Assembly (NCBI GenBank): GCA_036396115.1
Contig: DASWLN010000038.1
Span: 1 to 47,429 of the forward strand
Source of the DNA: Candidatus Zixiibacteriota bacterium
Lineage (GTDB): Bacteria; Zixibacteria; MSB-5A5; DASWLN01
Direction of reading: 5' to 3'
DNA: 47,429 nucleotides
Shown here: in pieces, positions 35,947 to 44,959 of the stretch
Position numbering within the stretch: position 1 is the first letter of the stretch
Layout of the letters: each line of letters starts with the position of its first letter
Made by a program: the position numbers and the translations under genes
Notes under the pieces: model-generated
Database searches by the model: none
Told to the model about the DNA's origin: nothing
The model's input: only the letters and a program-made list of their open reading frames with translations

Positions 35947-36728
35947 ATTATCTTTTCCTCTTGGTGCAGGATTTTTGCCAGCTCGACTGCTACCTCAATT
36001 GCTTCACCTTGAATTATCTTTCCTGCTTCCCTTGGAGGAGGAAAGCCGAAATTGATTAGTTTGATTTTGTTTCTTAGCTCGTCAACTGGTATGCCCAAAT
36101 CAGATAAAGTCAGGTTTTTAATTTCCTTTTTCTTGGCTTTCATAATTCCCGGCAAAGAGGCGTAGCGCGGCTCATTTAATCCCTTTTGGGCAGCAATTAT
36201 CACAGGTAAGCTCGTCTCCACTATCTCTATTCCTCCAGCCTCAATCTCCCTTTTGGCAATCGCTTTGGTTTTATCATCTGATATTTCCAATCCTACTACT
36301 ACTGAAACCTGCGGTATGTTCAGTATCTCAGCCAATACAGAGAAAACCTGCGAGTTGTCGTAATCAACTCCCTGCTTTCCAGTCAGGATGATATCAAAGG
36401 GAATGTTCTTCAAAGCCATGCTGAGAGCTTTGGCCGTGGAATAACTATCCAGTTTTTCAAAGGCAGGGTCGCATAGATGAACTGCCTTGTCCGCTCCCAT
36501 AGCAAGGGCAGTGCGAATCGATTCAGTTACCCTTTCCGGTCCCAAACAAAGTATGGTAACTTCTCCCCCGAATTTTTCCTTAATCCTTAAGCTCTCCTCA
36601 ATCGCATATTCATCATAAGGGTTGATTACAAATTTCACCCCCTCCTCTGAAATGCCGTCTTTTCCCTGATTTATCTGAATCTTAGTTTCAGTATCCGGCA
36701 CCTGTTTAAGACAGACTACAATGTTCAT
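35943..36728 (-). CDS. etfB: Electron transfer flavoprotein beta subunit
   Basis: VCLKQVPDT, INPYDEYAIEE, ALAMGAD, GKQGVD, NEPRYASL. Confidence 0.95.
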   Translation of the reverse strand: MNIVVCLKQVPDTETKIQINQGKDGISEEGVKFVINPYDEYAIEESLRIKEKFGGEVTILCLGPERVTESIRTALAMGADKAVHLCDPAFEKLDSYSTAKALSMALKNIPFDIILTGKQGVDYDNSQVFSVLAEILNIPQVSVVVGLEISDDKTKAIAKREIEAGGIEIVETSLPVIIAAQKGLNEPRYASLPGIMKAKKKEIKNLTLSDLGIPVDELRNKIKLINFGFPPPREAGKIIQGEAIEVAVELAKILHQEEKII

Positions 36729-36913
36729 TTAGTCCTCCTTTACATACTCAATCGGGTAAGTAATGGCTGCGCCATTACTTCTGCTGTCTTTTATCTTTTC
36801 GGGAACGCTGCAACTGTTCCCTACCCGCTTCTTTATACTAAGCTCGAGGTTATACTAAAAACAAAATAGTAAATCGCAAAACTGTTGTCAAACGAAAAAC
36901 TTCTCAAATCTAT

Positions 36914-36942
36914 TTGGCAATTTTGATTTTAGATGTTATAAT
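36914..36942 (+). promoter_or_regulatory. Putative extended -10 sigma70 promoter of pcrA
   Basis: TTGGCA-17 bp-TATAAT with TG at the extended -10 position; ends 9 bp before the ATG. Confidence 0.6.
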
Positions 36943-36950
36943 TTAAAAAT

Positions 36951-39113
36951 ATGGCAAAAATATTAGAGGAACTCAATCCTCCTCAAAAGGAAGCGGTTTT
37001 GCATACCGAAGGACCCTTGTTGGTCTTAGCTGGTGCAGGCAGTGGCAAGACCAGAGTCTTGACCTATCGAATCGCCTATTTGGTGGGAGAGAAAAAAGTA
37101 AATCCCTACAACATCCTAGCTATCACCTTTACCAATAAAGCCGCTCGTGAGATGAAAAGCAGGGTGGATATGCTTTTAGGAAGAGGAAGCGATTTTCTCT
37201 GGGTGAGCACCTTTCATTCCCTTTGCTCGCGCATATTAAGAAAAGAATGTCAGGTGTTGGAATATAAGAAACATTTTTCAATTTACGATGAAGCTGACCA
37301 GATCTCTTTAATCAAGAAATGTGAGGAGGAATTAGGCATTCCCATAAAGGAGTTTTCGCCGGCAGCTGTTTTGAATAGAATATCACAAGCCAAAAATAAT
37401 CTTATTGGCTGGCAGGATTTCGCTTCAATCGCTCAAAACCATTTTGAACAAAAGGTTTCTAAGATTTATCCTCTTTACCAGAAGAAATTAAAGGAGAATG
37501 ACGCTTTCGACTTCGATGACCTGATTATGAAGACTGTGGAGATATTTGAAAATCATCCTCAAGTCTTAGAAAATTATCAGGACAGATTTAAGTATATCTT
37601 AGTGGATGAATATCAGGACACGAATCACGCTCAATATGCCTTAATTAAGCACCTTTCCTCCAAATACAAGAATTTATGCGTGGTGGGAGATGATGACCAG
37701 TCCATCTATGCCTGGAGAGGAGCTGATTTGAACAACATCTTGGATTTTGAGAAGGATTTTCCCGATACCAAAGTGGTGCGTCTGGAGCAAAACTATCGCT
37801 CCACCCAGATCATCCTGGATGCAGCCATATCCGTAGTGAAAAATAACGTCAGCAGAAAAGGGAAGGTTCTGTGGACCGAGAAAAAAGGAGGGGAGAAGTT
37901 GGTAGTATCCTATCTGGAAGATGATAGGATGGAAGCAAAAGGTGTGGTGCAGAGGATGGATCATCTGGTAGCTAACTTTGGCTACGGCCGCTCAGATTTT
38001 GTGGTGTTATATCGCACCAATGCCCAATCCCGAATAATCGAGCAGGAGCTAAGGGATAAGGGCATTCCCTACACCATCGTGGGTGGAGTCAAGTTCTATG
38101 AGAGAAAAGAGGTGAAGGATGTGTTGGCTTATTTGAGAGTGTTGGTTAATGCAGATGATCAGCTCAGCTTAAAGAGGATAATCAATGTTCCTCACAGGGG
38201 AATAGGTCAGAAGACCATGGCCAGAATCGAAGAGGAGGCTTTTAAAAAGAGAAAGAATTTACTTGAGACTTTAAAACATATACGAGATGTGCAAGGTATA
38301 TCGGATAGAATGAAAAAGGAAATAAACTCCTTTGCTAATCTCTTAAATGAATTGAATCAACTGAAGAAGAGTCTGAAAGTTGACCAGCTGACCGAAGAGG
38401 TGATTCAAAGGAGTGGTTATTTAGATAGATTAAAAGAGGAGAGGACAATTGAGGCCCAGACCCGCGCGGAGAACGTGGAGGAGTTAGTTGCAGCAACTAA
38501 GGAGTTTGTGGAGAGGGTAGAAAATCCGAGTGTGGAGAGTTTTATGGAGGAAGTCTCACTTTTGACTGATATTGACCAGTGGGATGATACTCAGGATGTA
38601 ATTACCCTGATGACCTTGCATGCGGCCAAGGGATTGGAATTCCCGGCGGTTTTCATAACAGGTTTGGAGGAAGGCCTTTTCCCTCTTTCCCGTTCACTGG
38701 AAAAGCAGGAAGACTTAGAGGAAGAAAGAAGATTATTTCACGTTGGATTGACTCGAGCCAAAGAGAGAATATTCTTATCTTATGTTAATTTCAGAAGGCG
38801 TTTTGAAGGGATGCTTAACCTGCCTTCGAGGTTTATAGATGAGATTCCAGAGGAGCTTTACGATTTCGAAGATCTCTGTCATCGAGGACAACACAAATTT
38901 TATCCCAATATCAAAAGAGAATATGAGGACTGGGAAATAGCAGATGATATTCTAAAAGTGGGAACCTGGGTATTGCATTCCAATTGGGGCAAGGGAAGAA
39001 TAATAGAAAAGCAGGGGTACGGTGAAGACTCGAAACTTACTGTGCTTTTTTCCTACGGAGTTAAGAAGAAGCTTTTAGCCAAATATGCCAATCTTGAGAT
39101 TTTACAGAAGTAG
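36951..39113 (+). CDS. pcrA: UvrD/PcrA family ATP-dependent DNA helicase
   Basis: AGAGSGKT, TFTNKAA, VDEYQD, VVGDDDQSIY, LEQNYRS, TLHAAKGLEF, EERRLFHVGLTRA, C-terminal Tudor-like domain. Confidence 0.95.
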   Translation: MAKILEELNPPQKEAVLHTEGPLLVLAGAGSGKTRVLTYRIAYLVGEKKVNPYNILAITFTNKAAREMKSRVDMLLGRGSDFLWVSTFHSLCSRILRKECQVLEYKKHFSIYDEADQISLIKKCEEELGIPIKEFSPAAVLNRISQAKNNLIGWQDFASIAQNHFEQKVSKIYPLYQKKLKENDAFDFDDLIMKTVEIFENHPQVLENYQDRFKYILVDEYQDTNHAQYALIKHLSSKYKNLCVVGDDDQSIYAWRGADLNNILDFEKDFPDTKVVRLEQNYRSTQIILDAAISVVKNNVSRKGKVLWTEKKGGEKLVVSYLEDDRMEAKGVVQRMDHLVANFGYGRSDFVVLYRTNAQSRIIEQELRDKGIPYTIVGGVKFYERKEVKDVLAYLRVLVNADDQLSLKRIINVPHRGIGQKTMARIEEEAFKKRKNLLETLKHIRDVQGISDRMKKEINSFANLLNELNQLKKSLKVDQLTEEVIQRSGYLDRLKEERTIEAQTRAENVEELVAATKEFVERVENPSVESFMEEVSLLTDIDQWDDTQDVITLMTLHAAKGLEFPAVFITGLEEGLFPLSRSLEKQEDLEEERRLFHVGLTRAKERIFLSYVNFRRRFEGMLNLPSRFIDEIPEELYDFEDLCHRGQHKFYPNIKREYEDWEIADDILKVGTWVLHSNWGKGRIIEKQGYGEDSKLTVLFSYGVKKKLLAKYANLEILQK

Positions 39114-39122
39114 GTTTTTAAT

Positions 39123-39382
39123 GTAGCGGAGGTCTTTAGACCTCCATCTACCCCAAATAGATGCTATAGAAAGCTGAAGCTTTCCGCTACATAAAATATC
39201 AGGGACAGAACATTGTTCTGTCCCTACAAATTCTCAAAAACCCAAAACTGATTTATGGTAGGTATAGATACTTAGGCCTACCTCTGCGTTCTGTTTAAAG
39301 TAGGCGACATTCGCGAATGTCGCCTACAAAGCTTTCTGCTAATGCTTGTCAATAAAAATGGAAACCTAAAGGTTTCCGCTAC
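39123..39382. repeat. BIME-like cluster of six different GTAG/CTAC-tagged hairpins
   Basis: Hairpins at 39123-39151, 39167-39190, 39201-39227, 39258-39281, 39300-39327 (perfect 28-bp palindrome) and 39360-39382. Confidence 0.8.
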
Positions 39383-39393
39383 ATAATGCGTGA

Positions 39394-40002
39394 TTATTTT
39401 CTAAGTTTCTTAGCTATTTCCGCAACTCTCTTGCCCAATGCCTTAGCTAACTCCAGATCATCTTCAGTTGGCGATTTATCAGCTTTTGGCCCAGAGACGG
39501 ATGACGCTCCATAAGGTGAGCCCCCGCCAGTTGTACTGAAAAGCCTTTGTTCTGAATAAGGTATTCCAACGATTATCATCCCGTGGTGCAATAAGGTCAG
39601 CATCATGGTGATCAAAGTTGTCTCTTGTCCTCCGTGAGGCGTAGAAGTGCTGCAGAATAATCCAGCCGGCTTTCCGATAAGCTGCCCTTTTGCCCACAAG
39701 GGTCCGGTAGTATCAAGATATTGCCTTAACTGGGCACACATATTTCCATAACGGGTGGGACTACCAAAAAGGACTGCATCCGCTTCAATCAAATCCTGAA
39801 GCGTAGCAATGGGGATATCCTTTTGCATCTCCTTGGCTTTTATCACCTGAGGAATCTTGGAGTAAATCTCCTTGGGTATAAGCTCACCAACCTGCCTTAG
39901 ATTTACCTCTGCCCCCTCAACTGATTTGGCGCCTTCTGCCACTGCTTGGGCTAATTTGAAAGTGTTTCCATACATACTATAATAGACCACCAGGATTTTC
40001 AT
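39394..40002 (-). CDS. wrbA: NAD(P)H:quinone oxidoreductase, type IV
   Basis: YYSMYGNT, FGSPTRYGNM, STSTPHGGQETT, GGSPYGAS. Confidence 0.95.
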   Translation of the reverse strand: MKILVVYYSMYGNTFKLAQAVAEGAKSVEGAEVNLRQVGELIPKEIYSKIPQVIKAKEMQKDIPIATLQDLIEADAVLFGSPTRYGNMCAQLRQYLDTTGPLWAKGQLIGKPAGLFCSTSTPHGGQETTLITMMLTLLHHGMIIVGIPYSEQRLFSTTGGGSPYGASSVSGPKADKSPTEDDLELAKALGKRVAEIAKKLRK

Positions 40003-40017
40003 ACTTGTTCACCTCGC

Positions 40018-40323
40018 TTAGAGTATCCTGTTGTATTTTTTGACTATGGGCGGGTTTTCTCGGGCGTGGGCGATTCCACAAAATTTCTCCCAGAGCGTGT
40101 TTATCTGTGGGTCCGCATCCACCTGCTGTCTGACCTTTTGGTAATGCTCTTCGCTTTCGAAGTAAATCACCTCCATGCAAAATCCGGAAGAGCCCTTCTC
40201 CTCGTAGACCTCATAACCAGAACATCCATACCTGGCGTATAAGGATTTTGCCTGTTTCTGCACTTCCAGAAATTCGTCTTTCCTTCCAAAAGGAACCCTG
40301 TAAGTATAGGTTATGATGAACAT
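40018..40323 (-). CDS. Small dimeric alpha/beta-barrel protein (DUF1428/NIPSNAP-like)
   Basis: Y.VP....EF.........Y...G...YEVY pattern with ferredoxin-like topology. Family assignment is tentative. Confidence 0.6.
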   Translation of the reverse strand: MFIITYTYRVPFGRKDEFLEVQKQAKSLYARYGCSGYEVYEEKGSSGFCMEVIYFESEEHYQKVRQQVDADPQINTLWEKFCGIAHARENPPIVKKYNRIL

Positions 40324-40332
40324 AAAACCCCC

Positions 40333-40713
40333 TTAAAATGAAAATCTTATTCCTACTTGATTTATCGGTTTGTTCACGAAAGTTCCGTAAATTCTTTGAT
40401 AGTTTAGTTTGAAATTCTTAAACACGGGTTTCACCAAGCCCATTTCCATATAATAATCATCCCCGGAATCATACCAATTATAATCTAAACAAATCTCCAA
40501 GTCAAACCAAAAGTATAGCTTGAAGCTGTTGACTGTAACTATCTGCAAAGTCTGACCAGCATCATCCAGTTCATCCAGAAAGTTCTTATACAAAGAGAGA
40601 TCATCGGTGATTTTGTTGAAACCCAAAGGCTGAGCTAATATAAAAACAGGAAAAAAGGAAAATAGAAAAAGGAAAATGAAAAACTTGGATTTCAAAGAAC
40701 CCTCCTTTGTCAT
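40333..40713 (-). CDS. Hypothetical secreted protein with a C-terminal beta-signal
   Basis: GGAGG RBS, signal peptide (..VFILA-Q), aromatic alternating strands, ends QVGIRFSF. Confidence 0.65.
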   Translation of the reverse strand: MTKEGSLKSKFFIFLFLFSFFPVFILAQPLGFNKITDDLSLYKNFLDELDDAGQTLQIVTVNSFKLYFWFDLEICLDYNWYDSGDDYYMEMGLVKPVFKNFKLNYQRIYGTFVNKPINQVGIRFSF

Positions 40714-40723
40714 AAATCATATT

Positions 40724-40911
40724 TGACCCACGTTGCCTGCCCGGCCAGGGAGGGCAACGTGGGTATACTATTTTTGCGTAGGGGTGGAGTTTATCTCCAC
40801 CCTGCGCCTTCGGGCGAAGACGAGCTTCGCCCCTACGCGTCGAAGATTTTTTGGAGTGCATTGACCATGTCAATGCTGCATCGTCACGGACGATGCACTC
40901 CATAGATAATA
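40724..40911. repeat. Palindromic repeat cluster
   Basis: ACCCACGTTGCC..GGCAACGTGGGT; GTAGGGGTGGAG..CTCCACCC / GGGCGAAG..CTTCGCCCCTAC; GGAGTGCA..TGCACTCC with nested hairpins. Confidence 0.75.
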
Positions 40912-40915
40912 CCTT

Positions 40916-42451
40916 TCACATCCCCAAAGTTCTATCCAAACTTCTATACTGAATCGCTTCGCTGATATGCTGGGGTAAGATTTCTTTTTGGTTTTCCAAA
41001 TCGGCAATGGTTCGGGCAACTTTTATGATTCTATCATAAGCTCGTGCAGATAAGCCCAAACGGGTGATAGCCATTCTCAAAAGTTCTTTGGAGCTTTCGT
41101 CAATCGGGCAATATTTTCTTATATCCTTAGAATCCATATGCGCATTGCAGAAGATATGCTTTTCTTTCTTAAATCTCTCTAATTGAGTTTTCCTTGCCTT
41201 ATTAACTCTCTCTCGAATAAGGGTTGAATTCTCGCCAGTCGGCTCACCGGAAAGCTCCTTAAATTTGACTGCGGGAACTTCGATATGAATATCGATCCTG
41301 TCCAGAAGTGGCCCGGAGATTCGGCTGACATATCTTTGAATTTGCAAAGGAGAGCAGGAGCAATCGTGGATCAAATCTCCATGATAGCCGCAAGGGCAGG
41401 GATTCATTGCGCCAACTAACATAAACTTGGCTGGGTAAGTTAAGGACATCAAAGCTCTAGAAATAGTGACTCTCCCATCTTCCATCGGCTGTCTTAATAC
41501 CTCTAAAACATCCTTGTGAAATTCCGGCATCTCATCTAAAAACAAGACTCCGTGATGAGCTAAACTCACCTCACCTGGTCGGGGAATCTTGCCTCCACCA
41601 ACCAGTCCGGCATCGCTTATCGTATGATGTGGAGAGCGGAAGGGACGTGTAGCTATCAAGGCGGCATTTGAGGGTAAAAATCCAGCCACTGAATGAATCT
41701 TGGTTGTCTCTAAAGCTTCGTCCAGAGTCAGATTGGGCAAGATGGTGGGTAATCTTCTCGCAAGCATAGTCTTTCCAGAGCCAGGGGGGCCAAGTAAGAT
41801 TATATTGTGTCCTCCTGCAGCTGCAACCTCCAATGCCCTTTTGGTGTGCTCCTGACCTTTGACGTCTGAAAAATCTAACTTGTAATCTAGCGCCTCCTCA
41901 AAAACTTGATTTACATCAATGGTGAATGGTTTGGTAGAAAGTTCATTTTCTAGAAAAGAGACGGCCTCCTTCAGATTGCTTACCGGATAAATCTCCACGT
42001 CCTTTGCCATGGCCGCTTCCTTAGCATTCTCCTTGGGCAAAATCATTCCCTTGATGTTGTTCTTACGGGCTGAAAGTGCCATAGGCAAAGCACCGTGAAT
42101 GGGCCTTACTGCACCGTCTAACGAGAGTTCGCCTAAGATTAGATAGTCCTCAAAGTTTTCTTTTGAGACTTGCCCGGTGGCTGAGAGTATGCCAACAGCT
42201 ATTGGGAGGTCGAAAGAGGAACCCTCTTTTTTTATATCCGCCGGCGCTAAGTTTACGGTGATTTTCTTATTGGGAAAAGTAAATCCGGAGTTCTTAATGG
42301 CAGATTGAACTCTTTCCCGACTCTCCTTTACTGCATTATCAGGTAATCCAACCGTAGTGAAAGAGGGAAGCTGAGGTGAGATGTCCGCCTCAACTTGGAC
42401 AACATAGGCATCTATGCCTAAGACTGCACTGGAAAGTATTTTGGAGAGCAT
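40916..42451 (-). CDS. comM: YifB/ComM family Mg-chelatase-like AAA+ ATPase
   Basis: [67 protein letters not shown]. Confidence 0.93.
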   Translation of the reverse strand: MLSKILSSAVLGIDAYVVQVEADISPQLPSFTTVGLPDNAVKESRERVQSAIKNSGFTFPNKKITVNLAPADIKKEGSSFDLPIAVGILSATGQVSKENFEDYLILGELSLDGAVRPIHGALPMALSARKNNIKGMILPKENAKEAAMAKDVEIYPVSNLKEAVSFLENELSTKPFTIDVNQVFEEALDYKLDFSDVKGQEHTKRALEVAAAGGHNIILLGPPGSGKTMLARRLPTILPNLTLDEALETTKIHSVAGFLPSNAALIATRPFRSPHHTISDAGLVGGGKIPRPGEVSLAHHGVLFLDEMPEFHKDVLEVLRQPMEDGRVTISRALMSLTYPAKFMLVGAMNPCPCGYHGDLIHDCSCSPLQIQRYVSRISGPLLDRIDIHIEVPAVKFKELSGEPTGENSTLIRERVNKARKTQLERFKKEKHIFCNAHMDSKDIRKYCPIDESSKELLRMAITRLGLSARAYDRIIKVARTIADLENQKEILPQHISEAIQYRSLDRTLGM

Positions 42452-42633
42452 ATTTTATGAATTAACCGAATCCTTTGCAGGCGACATTCGCCAATGTCGC
42501 GTAGATTTTTTAGAAGTGTCAGGAGTAGCTCCTGACACAATGCGAAACGAAGTTCAAGGTCCCTGCTACTAAAATCTGGTTTTCAGAATTGATGTGCCGT
42601 GCTTTCTTTCCTTCTTGGTTAGGCCGTTTTTTT

Positions 42634-43079
42634 CCTCTCCCCATGGGGGAGAGGATTAAGGTGAGGGGGTAAGTTTCCCTTTTTCTATATTCTCTTGAAT
42701 TACTCGGCAAACTCCCTCAATATTCTTCAGTATCTCGCTATCACTGAATCTCAATATCCGTACCCCCAATTGCGACAACTCCTTTGTTCTTAATTCGTCT
42801 TCACTTCTGTGGTCATCTTCGTAATGCTGTCCGCCATCCGACTCAATGCCGAGCTTACATTTGGGAGAGTAGAAATCCAATATATATCTGCCGATGGAAA
42901 ATTGCCTCCTGAACTTTGCGCTAGCCAGCTGACGATTTCGCAATATTGACCAAAGTTTCCTTTCGGTATCTGTTTGGTTTTTTCGCAGGTTTCGTGATCT
43001 TTCAACATTCTTTCGTTTCATCTCACTCTCTGAGATTTGTCTTCCCCCTCACCCTATCCCTCTCCCCAAAGGGGAGAGG
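42634..43079. mobile_element. Putative DUF559 endonuclease mini-element bounded by 35-bp hairpin-bearing terminal inverted repeats
   Basis: Left end CCTCTCCCC-ATG-GGGGAGAGG-ATTAAG-GTGAGGGG (42634-42668). Right end CCCCTCAC-CCTATC-CCTCTCCCC-AAA-GGGGAGAGG (43045-43079), its imperfect reverse complement. Confidence 0.65.
42656..43021 (-). CDS. DUF559 / Vsr-like PD-(D/E)XK endonuclease
   Basis: LRKNQTDTERKLW..LR......FRRQ..IG.YILDFY....LGIESDGGQH.....D..R...L...G.RILRF. The stop codon lies inside the left terminal repeat. Confidence 0.9.
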   Translation of the reverse strand: MKRKNVERSRNLRKNQTDTERKLWSILRNRQLASAKFRRQFSIGRYILDFYSPKCKLGIESDGGQHYEDDHRSEDELRTKELSQLGVRILRFSDSEILKNIEGVCRVIQENIEKGKLTPSP

Positions 43080-43120
43080 GAACTTTGTTTCTCGAGGTCA
43101 TGGGACCCCCAGATTACCTA

Positions 43121-43609
43121 TTATCTGTTCTTCTCTTTCCACTTCACCACATGCACACAATATTTTCCGCCGCTGGGGATGGATTCGGAGATAACATATT
43201 CCAAATCTTTGTTAAGCTCTTCCACCAAAGTCCTTTCCATAGTGGTGTGAGCTTGGCAGATTTTGGGGTCATCAAAAGGATAGGGGCACTGGTAAAGCTT
43301 AATTACCACTTTATCATCTGAGAACTCCGAGACCTCTCCTTCGCAGTCTATCATTGAGAAAATTCTCAGAAGATAAAGCCCTACCTCCTGGGGAGTTGGA
43401 TTTCCCATTTTCTTTTTGGCGAATTCAGCCACTTGCTTGCCATAAGTGTGGCTGACTTCCTGAATTAAATCCAGTCCAGCTTCGCCGAATTTTTTGTAAA
43501 GACCTTTGTAGATGGTATTTATTCTGCTAAGAAGCGCTTTGGTGGAAGTGCGGTATTTTTTATCAAGTGGTATTTCGGGTAATTCTAGTCCCTTTGGAGT
43601 TTTGAGCAT
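43121..43609 (-). CDS. L-2-aminothiazoline-4-carboxylate hydrolase-like / V4R-fold protein
   Basis: Helical N-terminus, then ..KLYQCPY...IC..........SESIPSGGKYC.H, with three conserved-looking Cys. Confidence 0.6.
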   Translation of the reverse strand: MLKTPKGLELPEIPLDKKYRTSTKALLSRINTIYKGLYKKFGEAGLDLIQEVSHTYGKQVAEFAKKKMGNPTPQEVGLYLLRIFSMIDCEGEVSEFSDDKVVIKLYQCPYPFDDPKICQAHTTMERTLVEELNKDLEYVISESIPSGGKYCVHVVKWKEKNR

Positions 43610-43637
43610 AAACCCTTTCCGTGGCTGGAAAAGTCCC

Positions 43638-43892
43638 CTAAACTACCTTGTAGACAGTATCATTATGACGGACTGCACCATTGATCTTGATTCCGATGGA
43701 AATTCCAGCTTTGGCTTCTTGCACCTGCTCATGTTCAATTTGCATAGATTCCACCTTCTGGGTCAGGTCGGTGGTGTGCCCGTGGATGTGGATAGTGTCA
43801 CCCACTTTTAGAATGCCGTGAGTGATATCAATTGCGGCAACATCTATCTTTTTGAAATACCCCGCAATCTTACCTACGATTTCCTCTGGCAT
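43638..43892 (-). CDS. Translation elongation factor-like small beta-barrel protein
   Basis: VGKIAGYF.KI.VAAI......LKVGDTIHI.GHTTD..Q.VESMQIEH..V..A..G..IGIK. Confidence 0.8.
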   Translation of the reverse strand: MPEEIVGKIAGYFKKIDVAAIDITHGILKVGDTIHIHGHTTDLTQKVESMQIEHEQVQEAKAGISIGIKINGAVRHNDTVYKVV

Positions 43893-43950
43893 AATCCCTC
43901 CTGGTTTATGCTTTAGGTTTGCGGCTATCTTTGATTGTTAAAATAAAATT

Positions 43951-44898
43951 TTATTTTAAATCTCCGGAAATGGAGATACGATGCACTCCGCCGAGGTCAG
44001 CATAAGATGAATAAGCGTAATCGAATCTATAGACTTTCCAGTTCACGCCCAAGCCAAAGGAGAATCCAGCCAAATTGTCTTTGTCCGAACCGGTCTTGTA
44101 GTTTTTACCAAAAGAGCTCCATCCCATTCTCAAGAAGGCCGGCTTAAAAGAGGAAAGCTCTGCGCCAAGACTGAAATAGATATCATTGTCAAATGGTTTA
44201 GCCCCATCCACTGCTACTAAGAGTGGCAATCCATGAACATAGTGCGACACTCCGACTTTAATTTCAGCTGGCAGGGATTCTTTATGCTCTTTAGAAAGGC
44301 CATTAAGTTGATACCCCAGATTCTGAACCATTACTCCCACTTGAATCTTCTTTTTTTCTGACTTATGAAAAGCTCCAATATCCAGAGCTAAAGCATCAGA
44401 AGTGTAATTATCTATCTTCTCCAAGATGAATTTGGCATTTACACCCAAACTGATTAGAGGATGAACCTTGCGGGCATAGGTGGCTATGAGGGCGAAGTCA
44501 GCCGCTCCGAAGGTGCCTAAGTTTTCGCCATATTGGTCTGTTTTATCGAAGGAGCCATAATTGAAATAGTTGATTGAAATTCCCAGTCGAGTTTTTTCAT
44601 CGTAGGGATGGATGTAACCAATAAAGCCGGATTGAATGTCAGTTAAATAGTTATTGTAGCTGGTGGTGAAACTTCGGTTAGGGAGTTGGGTTAAGCCGGC
44701 TGGGTTAAAATAGATGGCTGATTGGTCATCTGCCAATCCCACAAAAGCACCACCCATTGCTACTGCCCTTGCCCCCACTCCGATTTTCAAGAAAGAATAG
44801 GCAGTTGTGCCAGCATTGGAATTGATTCCGGCGTAGGCATAAGATATCAGAAAGACACCTGTTAACAGAGTCAAAATTGCTATTTTGGTTTTTCTCAT
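43951..44898 (-). CDS. PorV/PorQ family outer-membrane beta-barrel (second paralog)
   Basis: FLKIGVGARAVAMGGAF....DDQSAIYFNPAGL, FDYAY, GGVHRISI. Confidence 0.85.
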   Translation of the reverse strand: MRKTKIAILTLLTGVFLISYAYAGINSNAGTTAYSFLKIGVGARAVAMGGAFVGLADDQSAIYFNPAGLTQLPNRSFTTSYNNYLTDIQSGFIGYIHPYDEKTRLGISINYFNYGSFDKTDQYGENLGTFGAADFALIATYARKVHPLISLGVNAKFILEKIDNYTSDALALDIGAFHKSEKKKIQVGVMVQNLGYQLNGLSKEHKESLPAEIKVGVSHYVHGLPLLVAVDGAKPFDNDIYFSLGAELSSFKPAFLRMGWSSFGKNYKTGSDKDNLAGFSFGLGVNWKVYRFDYAYSSYADLGGVHRISISGDLK

Positions 44899-44959
44899 AT
44901 TTTCTCCTTATTTCATATTGACAAAGCTAATAAAATATGCTCAAAAGTCAACCGTTTTA

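Noticed and set aside
40601-43321. ORFs 40601-40903, 40723-40905, 42519-42710, 42946-43194 and 43037-43321
   Set aside because: They are built from repeat translations (PLTLILSPMGRG, PSPYPSPQRGEG) or are antisense to real genes.
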